Below, one piece after another: positions 9,391 through 20,416 of a stretch of 64,000 nucleotides of DNA. Origin of the DNA: Epithemia pelagica (taxonomy: Eukaryota; Protista; Bacillariophyta); NCBI GenBank assembly GCA_946965045.2, contig OX337240.1:1-64000 (forward strand), in the 5' to 3' direction. Below the pieces are notes generated by a model. It was not told the DNA's origin. It worked only from the letters and a program-made list of their open reading frames with translations, and did no database searches. Numbering within the stretch: the first letter of the stretch is position 1; every line of letters starts with the position of its first letter. The position numbers and the translations under genes are program-made.

Positions 9391-10599
9391 GTGATTGCCA
9401 CTCGAACCTTCAAACTCTGTCATCGCCAAGATCGGACTTCGAGCACCTTGAACACCAAGAACAGTCCTCCGACGGGCGTGTTTGCCGACTATGTCACACG
9501 TCTCGTGTCTGCCATGGGTGTTGGCTTTGGGTTGCAAGAAAACGAACTGCAAGTGGAATATGTATTGATGCCGGGTCATCAAGAGTGTTGGAATGCAGTC
9601 TTGGATGGTACTGCCGATGCGTATGGTCCCAATGTGGATTTGGGCACGGCTGACATTGATGGCGCCGCGGCGGTGCAATTCTTGGAGCCAAGCTGTTCGT
9701 TGTACGAATCCAATGATATGTATGGTGTTTTGCCCAGCAGTGACATGTATTCATGGCAAGATATGCATCGGGAGGCTCGAACCATGTTGACGACCAACCA
9801 AGCCGATTCCACGGCGCCAATTCCTACGATTTATATTGGCGGACCGTTTGACTGGTGGCCCGAGGTGGAAGTCTGGTTGTGGCCCGACGGCACCAATGTG
9901 GTAGATGCGATTGCCGACGAAAGCGACTCGTCGACGCGAAGTGACAAGGCCTTGGTCGGGTTGCGCGATGGAACCTATTTGGCCATTTGCTTGGCCTTGT
10001 TGCCGGGAATTTGGTCCGACATTCCTCGTAACGTCTTGTCGGAATTGAGTGTCCGTGCGGTTGTGGGCCAATTGTCGGCTGGTAAGGCCACGTATTTTCG
10101 ACGCCAAGACGAAGGGCAGCCACTCTGTCTCTGTGCCGCTAGTTTGTGTTTGGATTGCGACACTTCCAATACAAAATGTACCCAGTGTGTTCCCAATGCG
10201 GTCCTCCAAGCGGATGGAACCTGTGCCTGTGCGACAGGCTTTGGTGAACAAGTTTTGGCTTGCATTGCGGATCCTCCCACACCGCCCCCAACTCCCAGTC
10301 CCGCGCCTACTCGATCGGGCCAGGATTCCTTGAACAATAATGACGACGATGCCAATGCAGGTTTGATTGTGGGTGTCTTGATTGCCATTGTGGCCGTGAT
10401 TGGCTTGGCTGTGTTTGGCTGGCGAACCTATTCCAAGTCGACCAATCAAAAGCAACTGGACAGTCAGGAACAACCTCAAATGGGTGATTTGACATTGGAA
10501 GAGAGCCACAATAACAACAACAACATGGACGACGACAAGATGGTGGACGATGACGAATATCCTCAGGGTCCACCTTTGGTTCAGGCACAACAAGCCTAA
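9391..10599 (+). CDS. Type I membrane protein: solute-binding-protein-like ectodomain, Cys-rich module, TM helix and acidic tail; 5' end unresolved
   Basis: 402-aa ORF with a GTG start. Contains GVFADYVTRLVSAMG...CWNAVLDGTAD, the Cys cluster CLCAASLCLDC...CTQC...CAC and TM AGLIVGVLIAIVAVIGLAVFGW. A possible splice acceptor (CCTTAG) lies just upstream. Confidence 0.65.
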   Translation: MIATRTFKLCHRQDRTSSTLNTKNSPPTGVFADYVTRLVSAMGVGFGLQENELQVEYVLMPGHQECWNAVLDGTADAYGPNVDLGTADIDGAAAVQFLEPSCSLYESNDMYGVLPSSDMYSWQDMHREARTMLTTNQADSTAPIPTIYIGGPFDWWPEVEVWLWPDGTNVVDAIADESDSSTRSDKALVGLRDGTYLAICLALLPGIWSDIPRNVLSELSVRAVVGQLSAGKATYFRRQDEGQPLCLCAASLCLDCDTSNTKCTQCVPNAVLQADGTCACATGFGEQVLACIADPPTPPPTPSPAPTRSGQDSLNNNDDDANAGLIVGVLIAIVAVIGLAVFGWRTYSKSTNQKQLDSQEQPQMGDLTLEESHNNNNNMDDDKMVDDDEYPQGPPLVQAQQA

Positions 10600-11308
10600 C
10601 CTAATACCCAATAATGGGACAAGCAGGACACGGGAATCAGTAAGACCATACGGCGAAAGAAAAGTGGGCTGTTGGTCGCCGCAGGAGATAGTGGCACCTC
10701 ATTTTACATGTTTAGCCTTTGTATGAAGCAGAAGCAATCCAGAGTAACCGATCCACTCGAACAGTTTCCTCTTAGGCGTGTTTCATAATGATTGATAGGA
10801 CTATACGAGTCGCGTGATGAATTGGGTTTGAGTGTCGACTTTTGTCTCCCTTGCCAGCGATGTCCTCCATTCGTAATGGAGGTTCTGGGAGAGAAAGGAC
10901 AACCTATCCTCTCATTCCTCCTCATGATTGTTACGACCATTGTGCAAGCTCCTATCCATGTAGGGTCCTCACTCTATATAAAGTTGCTTCCGCGTTCCAA
11001 AGGCAAGCGCTAAGGATAGTACACTGCCCGTGACAATGCGCAGTATGCTGTATTCTAGTAGTATATCTACTAAAGAAGAAGATGGAGCACTCGCCCCGAC
11101 GTGGATTCATCAATACTAATTAGACAAACAAGCTCTTTTGCTTTCGTCATTTGACAAGCACGTATCCGAGGCCTCAGACAGTTTCGCATGGCGGCTCCCT
11201 AGCAAGACAAGTGCTACCCTGGCAAAAGTGGAAAAGACAAAATCGTCGTAGGAAAAAGCCGATACGTTGGGAATCCAAAAGCATTGTCGTTTATTGGAAG
11301 TGTTCTTC

Positions 11309-12478
11309 TTACGACATGCTCTGGGCGAATTGGGGAGCCATGGGTTGCAACTCAAAGTAGGCAAACTGGTTGTAATTCATGAGTTGCATGTAGGATTCAT
11401 TGTCGCGAATGTTCGGATCAACGTTTAGATGTTTGCAAATCTGCTCGTAGATCTTTCGGTCGGATTCGGAAAGGTCGGGACGCAACAAGGGCGCGACAAT
11501 GTCCGTGTTGCCATCCTTGGCATGCATAAACCCGCCCGCCTTTTTTCTCTTGATCTCAAAGTCCTTGGCCATGATTGGTGGGACCAACGGAGGAAATTCC
11601 GCATAACTAATGAGGTTACGAAAAAGCCACTGGGAGTTGATGTCGTCCGGCTTTCGAAACATTTGTTTGGGAGTCCAGCCGGCCTTGTCCTTTAGCGTCG
11701 CACCCTCGCCCAGTTTGTAATTGTCCTCCAACACCACGTGTCGAAAGCCAAACTTGTGCAGATATTTGAGGCGAAAAAAGACTTCGAGGTGGTCATCCAA
11801 AAAGACGAGGGTCCGTGCCGGATCAATCTCGCCTGATTGGATCTTTCCCTCCCAATCAATCTCTCCAATGTCCTTAAACTTTTCCTTACCGGTATAATAT
11901 TCGGCGTTGACAGTGTCAATCCATCGGGTCTTTTGATTGCATATTGGCGTGTCGAGTGGATCAATGGGATAGAGTTTGGCCGAGGGGGCGGCGGCCCGCA
12001 TCATGTACGTCGACATGCCCGCGTTGACGCCCGATTCGATAATGGCCGTGGGCTGAAGGTGTTTGATCGCAACAAACAAGGCGTACGCGTGGTTGATGCG
12101 GATGCCACACAAGTTGGTCTTGTCGGGCCGGTTGTCGTACGCCTCCAAGAATTCTTGCAAGTGCTCATCAATGAGGAGTCTACGCGAATCGGAAACAAAG
12201 TTGGAACCAATCTGGACCAGTTTCGATCCCAATTTCTCCTCCGGTACGCCCGGCCAAGGAAACGCAGCTTGTGCCTTCTTGGGCACCGTCGCCGCCACAG
12301 CGTCCTTAGCACGCAGCAACAATTGCGGGTCACTGACAAGGGGGGAACAATCCTCCCCACCAAGGTCATTGGTAAATGAGTAAAAGGCCACCACCAAGGC
12401 GGCGGTGGTGACGGCCCAAATCGCGACGGAACTGGATTTCCCACTAGTACTTTTTCGTCGCAGGGCAATGGAAGGCAT
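11309..12478 (-). CDS. Membrane-anchored putative SAM-dependent methyltransferase-fold protein
   Basis: Likely start MPSIALRRK followed by a TM anchor. NHAYALFVAIKHLQPTAIIESGVNAGMST is motif-I-like; also VFLDDH and VVLEDNY. Confidence 0.7.
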   Translation of the reverse strand: MPSIALRRKSTSGKSSSVAIWAVTTAALVVAFYSFTNDLGGEDCSPLVSDPQLLLRAKDAVAATVPKKAQAAFPWPGVPEEKLGSKLVQIGSNFVSDSRRLLIDEHLQEFLEAYDNRPDKTNLCGIRINHAYALFVAIKHLQPTAIIESGVNAGMSTYMMRAAAPSAKLYPIDPLDTPICNQKTRWIDTVNAEYYTGKEKFKDIGEIDWEGKIQSGEIDPARTLVFLDDHLEVFFRLKYLHKFGFRHVVLEDNYKLGEGATLKDKAGWTPKQMFRKPDDINSQWLFRNLISYAEFPPLVPPIMAKDFEIKRKKAGGFMHAKDGNTDIVAPLLRPDLSESDRKIYEQICKHLNVDPNIRDNESYMQLMNYNQFAYFELQPMAPQFAQSMS

Positions 12479-13231
12479 GGTCAATTCTGTGAGGAGCAAC
12501 GAACTACTGTGGGTTGCGGCAACGTGATGATGATGAGCAAGACACAGCGATATTGTCGCGTCGAATGATGCTGTGATAGACTTGAGACCCCGATGATCCG
12601 TTTTGGGGGATGAAAGTGTCATCTGCGACCAAGCGGCCCGCTTCGAATGACTGGCATTGAAGACCTTGCCCAATACGAATGTGCAATCACGAATCCAAGG
12701 TTGCAAGTTCGTCGCGTCACCGACCCTCGGCCTGACGTGACGAGTTTGACGAATGACGAACCGCTGACGAACTGGACGAAATGTCGTCACCCTCGACGAA
12801 CTGGATACACAAGGCAACGACATAAAAGAAGGATGAAACTAACACGTAATTACTAAGTTAATGGATATATATGTGATGGTAATGAAGTAGAATGATGTTG
12901 CTGCTGTTCCTAGTGATACTTGAATCCTCCGTGGGTGGCTCAACTTCCTTTCCGTTGGAGTCTTTGTAGAGAAGAAATGGAAGTAGGTAGGTTCTTGTCC
13001 TTTCGCACGTAAGACTTGCGATCAAAGTACCGTTTGTCTTCTTGAGGAAAATTCTTGTCGTTGATGGTGGGCAATGGTAGTAGATCAGCAGGCCGTTTCC
13101 TTTTCTCTGGTGGATCCCCCTCAGCATTCTGAGTCTGATGCTCTCGAGCAGCGGCCATCACCACAGCATCCGGCGTATGAGTGAGGACTCTCTCTCTCGC
13201 GACTCTCATAAATACGTTTGGAGCTACGAAG

Positions 13232-14422
13232 ATGACATTGCAAGAACAAGCATGGTCGTCGGGCCTTGTCCAGCCAGCAGAATGGAATGAAAACGACTGG
13301 CCTCCTCTTGAGGGAGGATGGCGTGTATTTCATGCTTCGGTCGTACTCGATCATCCCAATAACGACAACGATAACAACAACAAGAGACAAACTGTCGTCG
13401 TGTTGGGCGGATACCAGACAGGTCAAGGCGAGCTTGATTCCGTTCTGTTATTGGATTTATCAGACCCAAACAAGAAGTGGCGAGACGGGCCACCCATGAA
13501 CAAGAAACGCCATGGACATGCCGCTGCGGTGTGCAATGGCGGCGTCTACATAATAGGAGGAAGCCAACAAGATTCAAGTTTGCATTGTATCGAACGAATT
13601 GATTCCAATGATTTGTTTCAACCATCTTTGACAACAACAACCACGCATGAGAGTCATTGGACGACATTGACATGTCGCTTATCAATGGGACGATCAGAAT
13701 GTTGTGCTGTTGCGGTTCACAACCGATACATTGTTGTAATGGGTGGATGGCAACAGGGGCCAGCGCGAGACTTATGGTCGGTTGAGATTGTTGATACCAG
13801 GGATCACACTGTAATCCACGGGCCATACATGACTGTTCGTCGACAATTTTGTGGCAGCACGGTCGTTGGCTCCCGCATCTTTGTTGTTGGAGGCCATAAC
13901 GAGCATGGCCATCTTGACTCGGTAGAGTATTTGGATTATGCAACACTCTGTGAGAATGATGAGACAAGAAACGAGCTTGGCTCGCCATTCATTTCTTTTT
14001 CGTCAACCTGGATCACTCATTCTGATTTGGTGCTTTCCAATGCACAAAGTTCTTGTGCAGTGGTTGCCGTGGGATCATGTCTGGTGGTGGTGGGAGGACG
14101 AAGCAATTCAACGGCGCAAGTCTTGGATACGGACCGCTGCCGCGTGTGGAATCTCCGATCATTCACTAGCTACCGCAATGGCTGCAGTATGGTGAATGCT
14201 GCCAATCAAGTTGCCGTGATTGGTGGATTTCACAATCCTTCCTGTGCGACATTACCACTAATGGACAAGAATACATGGTGTTTTCGACGACTCTGTGAGC
14301 AGCATCCAAACGAATGCTTTCATTCTCAGAAAGGAGTGGGTTTCGAAGATGTCAATGCGACAACCCATACCTGCCATGGTAAATGGAGGGATGATACTTG
14401 TTTGTCTTGTTCGTTGTTGTAA
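13232..14422 (+). CDS. Kelch-repeat beta-propeller protein
   Basis: Repeated GG doublets and Kelch spacing, e.g. WRDGPPMNKKRHGHAAAVCNGGVYIIGG and GPYMTVRRQFCGSTVVGSRIFVVGG. Confidence 0.92.
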   Translation: MTLQEQAWSSGLVQPAEWNENDWPPLEGGWRVFHASVVLDHPNNDNDNNNKRQTVVVLGGYQTGQGELDSVLLLDLSDPNKKWRDGPPMNKKRHGHAAAVCNGGVYIIGGSQQDSSLHCIERIDSNDLFQPSLTTTTTHESHWTTLTCRLSMGRSECCAVAVHNRYIVVMGGWQQGPARDLWSVEIVDTRDHTVIHGPYMTVRRQFCGSTVVGSRIFVVGGHNEHGHLDSVEYLDYATLCENDETRNELGSPFISFSSTWITHSDLVLSNAQSSCAVVAVGSCLVVVGGRSNSTAQVLDTDRCRVWNLRSFTSYRNGCSMVNAANQVAVIGGFHNPSCATLPLMDKNTWCFRRLCEQHPNECFHSQKGVGFEDVNATTHTCHGKWRDDTCLSCSLL

Positions 14423-15337
14423 TGGAATTGGGCTTTCGAGGATTTACATGATCTCCATAGGGAGCAATATGTTGTCGAAAATAAGTTATCCGTTCAAGGA
14501 CAAAGTACCCATTGGTTCCGTTAGCTCCACTTCTATCTGTCACCGACAAAGATCATGCGACTGATTTCTCATGAGAAAAAACAAAACTATATAGTTTCAC
14601 AAGATCTGTAAGTCTCAACCATGTCTTTTTATTCTAGTCTCTTGGCGTTTTGGTTCGTCCCAGAACACAACAGGGCGTCAATTCCATAGCGTCAATTCAC
14701 GCACGTCATTCAAAAAAGTGCTTGACAGGCTTCTGCCGTTCTGAATTATAATTAGGCTTAATCGAGAGATGAAATGTCTGCTTGTAAAGAATCTCATGGC
14801 ATTGAAACTGGCCATGGCGTGGCGCATCAACCAGACCGACGCACCAACACAGCGAAAGACACATGACATCCTGTGTGGTTTCGCACAACGACTGCTGGGT
14901 CCTGTTTCAGGACTTGGTTTCTTGTTGTTGTTCTTTGTGTCGTTTCTTGGCAAACTCCAGTACCAGTGGCACAGGAGGAAGGAATGACGTTGCGGCCGAA
15001 ATCTGACAGACCACAATGTGTAGGAGAGGCGCACCACGACGAGGACGAATCCGACTTGGCCAAAACGGGTGGATTGACATATGCCCTTTTGTGCAGAAGG
15101 AGAAAAGGACGAGAGGGTGAAGCCATGTTGATCCTGCTGTTGGCTTTCGGTTCCCGGGGTTCCCGATACTTGCGGGACTCGCGTGTCATGTTTGAGAGCC
15201 ATGGAGGACGAAACTCTCATGGTTGCCCTTATTGTTATTGCCTGGAGCGCTTGGTCGACGCATGGACCAAGTGAGCAGTCACACATGGCGCTGGGGACCA
15301 AGACAATCGTTGTTTTGACGGAACGGAACAAACGATT

Positions 15338-17047
15338 TCAGGGCTCGGTTTCTTGTTGTGCTTGTTCTTCTTCTTGTTGTTGTCGTTTCTTGGCAAACTG
15401 CTCATGGGTTTCCCGGGTGGTCACCAGACAGAGCCCATGCTCAAAGCGAGGATCCAAACTTCCACCCCAGGGTACCATGGTTTGGGCCACACCGTGACAC
15501 TCCCAATCGGTCAAGGGTTGTTCCACGACCTGCAACCATGGTCGGCTGGTTCTTGTCGTAGTCGTCGTAGTCATAGTAGAATCGTTGGGAGGATGATGGG
15601 CCGTGTCGTCGTCATCATTGTCGTCATTGGTCGAGACTGCTGTGGATTGGCGCAGTTGGTTGACAAATTCGCTCCATCCCGGTCGGGACGTGCATTGCAC
15701 CACCAGGGCCACAACGGGCGACTCAATGGTCGATTGCGACAGCAAGGTACGCACACACGTGGCACAGGCCATGGCCGTTTCGAGAGAATAAATCAATTCG
15801 GATCCCACCACCAATCGCGTCGTAGTACTAGTTGTTTGCCACCAATCCGGAACCAGAGAAGTCTTCTGGTCATTGTTGTTGTTGTGTGAGGACGGGGTCC
15901 TCCAGGAGGACACTTCATTCCAGTCCAATCGTGCGACCGAGACATGGACCCCCTGGTTCGAATATGGTTGGTTGTGTGGCTGCTCTTGCTCCTCCTCCTC
16001 CTCCTGCTGTTGTTGGAGATTTGTGGCATTCCTGGATGTTCCATTACCTCTACTAGTAGTACTTGACGGAACGAATGGCACATTGCGATTCACATTGATT
16101 TGTAATTGCCGCAACACATCTGGATCGGAATCGGTCAAGACGACATGAATGCAAGGACCATGAGGAGGAGGAGTGTTTGTAGTAGTAGTTGTTGTCCTGG
16201 CTGGTTTATTCTTTGTTGTTGTAGATACCGAATCGACTCTTGTCCCACGGATACCAGCCGTGCTCTCCAAATCGCCCGAACCAGTCAAAACAGGAGGAGG
16301 AGGAGCACAACAATGATGCACGAGCCGTACCGCCAGGGCCAATCCCACCAATCCCAACGCGCCACTGCCCAATTCCAATACCACAGCATCGTCTTTGAAA
16401 GGCGATACTGTTCCGGTCCCAGCCACTGGTAGTGGTGTGACGATGCGCTGCAGCAGGTGCGAAACCAGCCAGGACGCGGCATCCATTTCGATTGCTCCTG
16501 CTCCTGATTGTGCGGATCGATTGTCCGTTTGTGCCTGGTTGAGAACCTTGTTGTTGTCACCATTGTCGTTGTTTTCGTTTCTTGGTGGTGGTGCTGTTGC
16601 TGTTGCTGTTGTTGTTGTTGTTGTGGAGAGTGGAAGCGCATACAACCAAGCCACCATCAAGGCCGAGCCATACCAGGCTTGGGCCCCCAGAGGACTCCAC
16701 ACACCGTCCGACAAGGGCAAGGCGGCCAAGTGCAAGCATCGTCTCGTCTCCTCCTCCTTCTCCTTTGTACTGCATGTTGTTAATGATGATAATGTGGTTC
16801 TGCATGTCTCATGATTGTTGTTTGGAGCAGCATCCTCCAATGGAACGAAACACGGTGGCAACGTGTACGTCTGCCACTTGTGGTGGTGGTGGTCGTCGTC
16901 GTGGTGAGTAGGAGATCGCCCTTCATCATCCTCATCCTCATCCTCATCATCCGCCCTACGATCACGAACGGATTCCTCCGAAACAAAGGCGACATCCCAC
17001 AACCAATCCTCGCGGTTCGTTCCATCCGGCATTGTCATGTTCTTCAT
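15338..17047 (-). CDS. Seven-beta-strand protein methyltransferase (family 16, METTL21/23-like) with low-complexity inserts
   Basis: Motifs GAQAWYGS, VLELGSGALGLVG, VVLTDSD, VARLDW and VVGSELIY. Confidence 0.88.
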   Translation of the reverse strand: MKNMTMPDGTNREDWLWDVAFVSEESVRDRRADDEDEDEDDEGRSPTHHDDDHHHHKWQTYTLPPCFVPLEDAAPNNNHETCRTTLSSLTTCSTKEKEEETRRCLHLAALPLSDGVWSPLGAQAWYGSALMVAWLYALPLSTTTTTTATATAPPPRNENNDNGDNNKVLNQAQTDNRSAQSGAGAIEMDAASWLVSHLLQRIVTPLPVAGTGTVSPFKDDAVVLELGSGALGLVGLALAVRLVHHCCAPPPPVLTGSGDLESTAGIRGTRVDSVSTTTKNKPARTTTTTTNTPPPHGPCIHVVLTDSDPDVLRQLQINVNRNVPFVPSSTTSRGNGTSRNATNLQQQQEEEEEQEQPHNQPYSNQGVHVSVARLDWNEVSSWRTPSSHNNNNDQKTSLVPDWWQTTSTTTRLVVGSELIYSLETAMACATCVRTLLSQSTIESPVVALVVQCTSRPGWSEFVNQLRQSTAVSTNDDNDDDDTAHHPPNDSTMTTTTTTRTSRPWLQVVEQPLTDWECHGVAQTMVPWGGSLDPRFEHGLCLVTTRETHEQFAKKRQQQEEEQAQQETEP

Positions 17048-17715
17048 TCGTTCGATTTGGTCGCTTGCGGTTCGACCAATGAATCGTTTGGTTTGCTTGG
17101 TTTACCAAGACGCTCTGAACCCGTGTATCATTGAACCTAGTAGGATATCATGATCATCAACATCCCTCATCCTGTGGCGTTCTCTTGACTCGGTCGATCG
17201 ATGATGGATCTAAAGGACTGATTGATGTGTCTGTCGGCCCACCCGTCCATCTTCGGTCGCGGATCACTTTCTGGACTGTCTGTCTGAAAAGTCTGAACTG
17301 TTTTGTTTCGGCTGTTCCTGCTGTTTTGGAAGTCGCAACGAGCAACAACGAACCAACAGAGAAGAATGGAGAATGGCCTCCATCTGCTCAAGGCTTAAGG
17401 GAGAGTGTAGAGTACAAAGAGAGAGAATAAGACACTTCCGCGTTCCGAGTCGAGAATGGACCACATGCTTGTTTGCTCATTGCCACTTGGATTTGGCATA
17501 TGGCAGATGGCAGCCTTTGTTGGTAGAGGAGGTAGGAGTAGGAGTAGTACGAATATAATCAAGGAAGTGACTGTTCTGTGGTGTTTGCACTCTCCACGGC
17601 AAACGACGACGTCAACTCCCAAAGGCATTTTGGAGTTTTGGATCTCAGATTTTCTTGGCCGAAACTGTTGTAAAATCTTCTCTCCAACAAACAACCCTTG
17701 GCAATCCTACCCACC

Positions 17716-18639
17716 ATGACGGCGGCTCCTCTTCCCAATACCTTTTGTTCGCTCGTGCCTCAGTTTACCATTTAGGACCACGACAAGGCTCAACAACTCT
17801 TTGCGGAGGCCGTTGCTCGGACCAAAACGGAACCGGGGTGTCTCTATTTTGGATTTGTTGTGGACGGCAATCATGGCATTTGTCGAGAAGCCTATGTCAA
17901 TGGGGCCGCTGTCAATGAGCACATGGCCAATGTCGGACCCATCTTGGGTCCCGCGATTGAACAAGGCGTCATTCAAATGACCTCCTTTGTCGTGCATGGC
18001 CCAGCCGAGGAATTGGAAGTTTGCAAACCGTCGACCGAGGCCTTGGGATGCCTGTATAGTGTCGTGACACCGACCGACTCGGGCTTGACCACCTTGACGG
18101 AATTTGCCAATTCGACCCTGCAAACCACCCACAGCACCCAAAATTTTTGCATTGTCTATCCCACCTTTACCATTCTCCAACCCGACAAGGTGGAAGCGGC
18201 TTGTACGCAAATGATTCAACTTGTACAAGACAAGGAATCCAACCAGTGTTTGTATTATGGATTCACGCAATACCAACAACCAGGAGGAGATGAGGATGAT
18301 ACGACGACCACCACCAAGTTGGTGTGTCGAGAAGCCTTTGTGGATGGAGCCTCAGTCGTGGCGCATGTGGAAAATGTGGGACCCGTCTTGGGCAAGGCCT
18401 TGGAGGACGGAATCATTAAATTGGACTCGATTCACTTGGAAGGACCGGCCGATCAATTGGAAGTGGCCAAATCCACGCTGGATGCCTTTGGATGCCAGTA
18501 TTTTGCCCTGGTCGACGGCGCTGTCGCACGCTTTTGTGCCATGAAGGACAACGACCCAAAGGATACGAGCAACACGGCGACTTCTCCCGACAAGAAGGAC
18601 GATGCGGCCGTCGATACGACATGCTGCAGTCTTTTGTAA
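17716..18639 (+). pseudogene. Tandem two-domain dimeric alpha/beta-barrel (ABM/Dabb-like) protein with an in-frame TAG at codon 20
   Basis: CCACCATG at 17716 is in frame with ORF 17860-18639. Domain 1 FCSLVPQFTI*...CLYFGF...CREAY aligns with domain 2 FCIVYPTFTIL...CLYYGF...CREAF. TAG at 17773-17775. Confidence 0.7.
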
Positions 18640-19534
18640 CAACTACAATTTATGATATTGGTCGAGGGTCGGAGAATGGTTCCCCAACTCGATACGGTGG
18701 TATAGTCACATTTGTAACATGGACCCGGCACGCACACACACACATACACAATAACCACACGCCGACGAATCCAACAGACACTAGGCATGAAGGATGGTTG
18801 GTGGTAGTGTGATGGGTGTCCTTGTTGTTGGTGGTGTCGGTGAAGAACAAGATGCAACGTGAAACTGCATTTTCTATTCTATTTGTAGTGAAGCAGTATA
18901 TTCCTTGGTATCGGTACAAATCACAAACGAACATTGGTGTGTGCTCGTAGTCTGTAGATGGATGGATGGCATATTGGCATCTTATCTAGACAATAGATAA
19001 AAAGGCCGTTGTGAATGGGTTGGGTGGGACTTGTTCTTGTTGGGCAGCTGGTACAGAGTGTTTTCTATCCCGAGAAAACCAAACGAAATAGGTCCCCTCC
19101 AACCGCGCACAGCCAAACACACACATACATCATGGCTGCCGAGGCATCAAGATTGGTAAACAAGCCAACCAGCATGGGGTCCTCCTCTTTTTGGTAGGAT
19201 AATGCCAAGACACAGTTGGAGTGCCAAACTACTCCTCTAGAGCTAAAGTACAGAGCATAGCTCGCATAGCGACGCGATTCGAAAGACGGACAGACAGACA
19301 GTAATCAGCTTGTCCCCGACGAGAATCTTGCCGTGTCTCTGTGCGGTTGTGTCTGCAAAGATCCTCTAACGAAGAAGAGGCGAAGCTGCACTCGGCACAA
19401 TGGTACCGGAAACGACATCTGGCGGCTGGTGGACCATGAGAAGGCAACTGCCGAAAGGACCATGGAGTGGATTCTTGTCCGAGAAACCAAGGCCCCGCCA
19501 ACCACGAAAGCAACACGTTCTCCTTTGGAGAAAC

Positions 19535-19617
19535 ATGCCGTCTTTGGTGGCGAAAGGCCTCCAGATGCTACTGGTCCTGCTACTAGTACTTCCAGTATGT
19601 CAAGGCCACTCCCCTAG
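19535..19617 (+). pseudogene. 5' part (signal peptide) of a RING-H2 gene split by transposon insertion
   Basis: MPSLVAKGLQMLLVLLLVLPVCQGHSP; joins in frame to 26947 onward when the insert is removed. Confidence 0.75.
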
Positions 19618-20416
19618 TGTCTATTCTACCCCGGTTTGTCCTCATATGAGGACAGCGCTTGTCCTCATATGAGGACAACCCTACTAAAATCATATCTACG
19701 TAGACCACAGTAGCTTTTGTACGAAGCTATCGACAAAAAATGTAACCCAACCATGGGAATCTGCCGTTCTACCAAAAAAAGGAACAACTAAAATAGAAAA
19801 GTAATAGACCACAATCAACCATTATGTTCTATGTTTATGTGGCAAGACACTACGTGTGTTGGAAAATGCATCCATCCAGTTTATGTAGGGCAAATCCAAC
19901 CATTTTGTCGAGGGAGTTCAACTGTCTTCACATACATTGGCGGATTTGAGTTTCCCACTGCACTTTCCTGGTTCCCTGAAGGTGTCTGTGCTTCCTGTAC
20001 ATGAACTGTTGGGGTGCAGGAGGCTCAGACGCCGCATTTGACCCTGTATTGGTGTCGAATGCTGGTACGGTCTCAGAATTTTCCTCTGTGGTGATGGAGG
20101 CTTGTTTTGGCTGAATTCTCTCAATCTGATGCCTCAATCAGGCAAAGGACAACTGGCCATCATCACTAGGGATAATAACACTCATCAGGTTGATTGTCTT
20201 CTGTTTTATCCCCTCCAAACACTCAGTTTAGAAAATCACCATCGCTCCAACATGGATGAATTCTGTTTTTGATACTGTATCGTCACTACTCATCAAAATT
20301 AAAGCATGAGAATATCATGGGGTATGTTTTCAAGTATGGAGATTACGAATCTGAACTTTAAAACCACTTAGGAGTACATGATTGATTTGCTATTCTTCTT
20401 TTGAAAGTGGTAAGTC

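Noticed and set aside
17773-17775. TAG codon reassignment (alternative genetic code)
   Set aside because: TAG terminates globins 1 and 3, and no other in-frame TAG was seen in conserved ORFs.
19614-19620. CACTA/EnSpm element suggested by TAGTG and CACTA words
   Set aside because: The words face the wrong way; the inverted repeat extends inward from TAGTG on the left.
20175-20195. Hammerhead ribozyme (CTGATGA on the minus strand)
   Set aside because: No stem II followed by GAAA or stem III could be formed.
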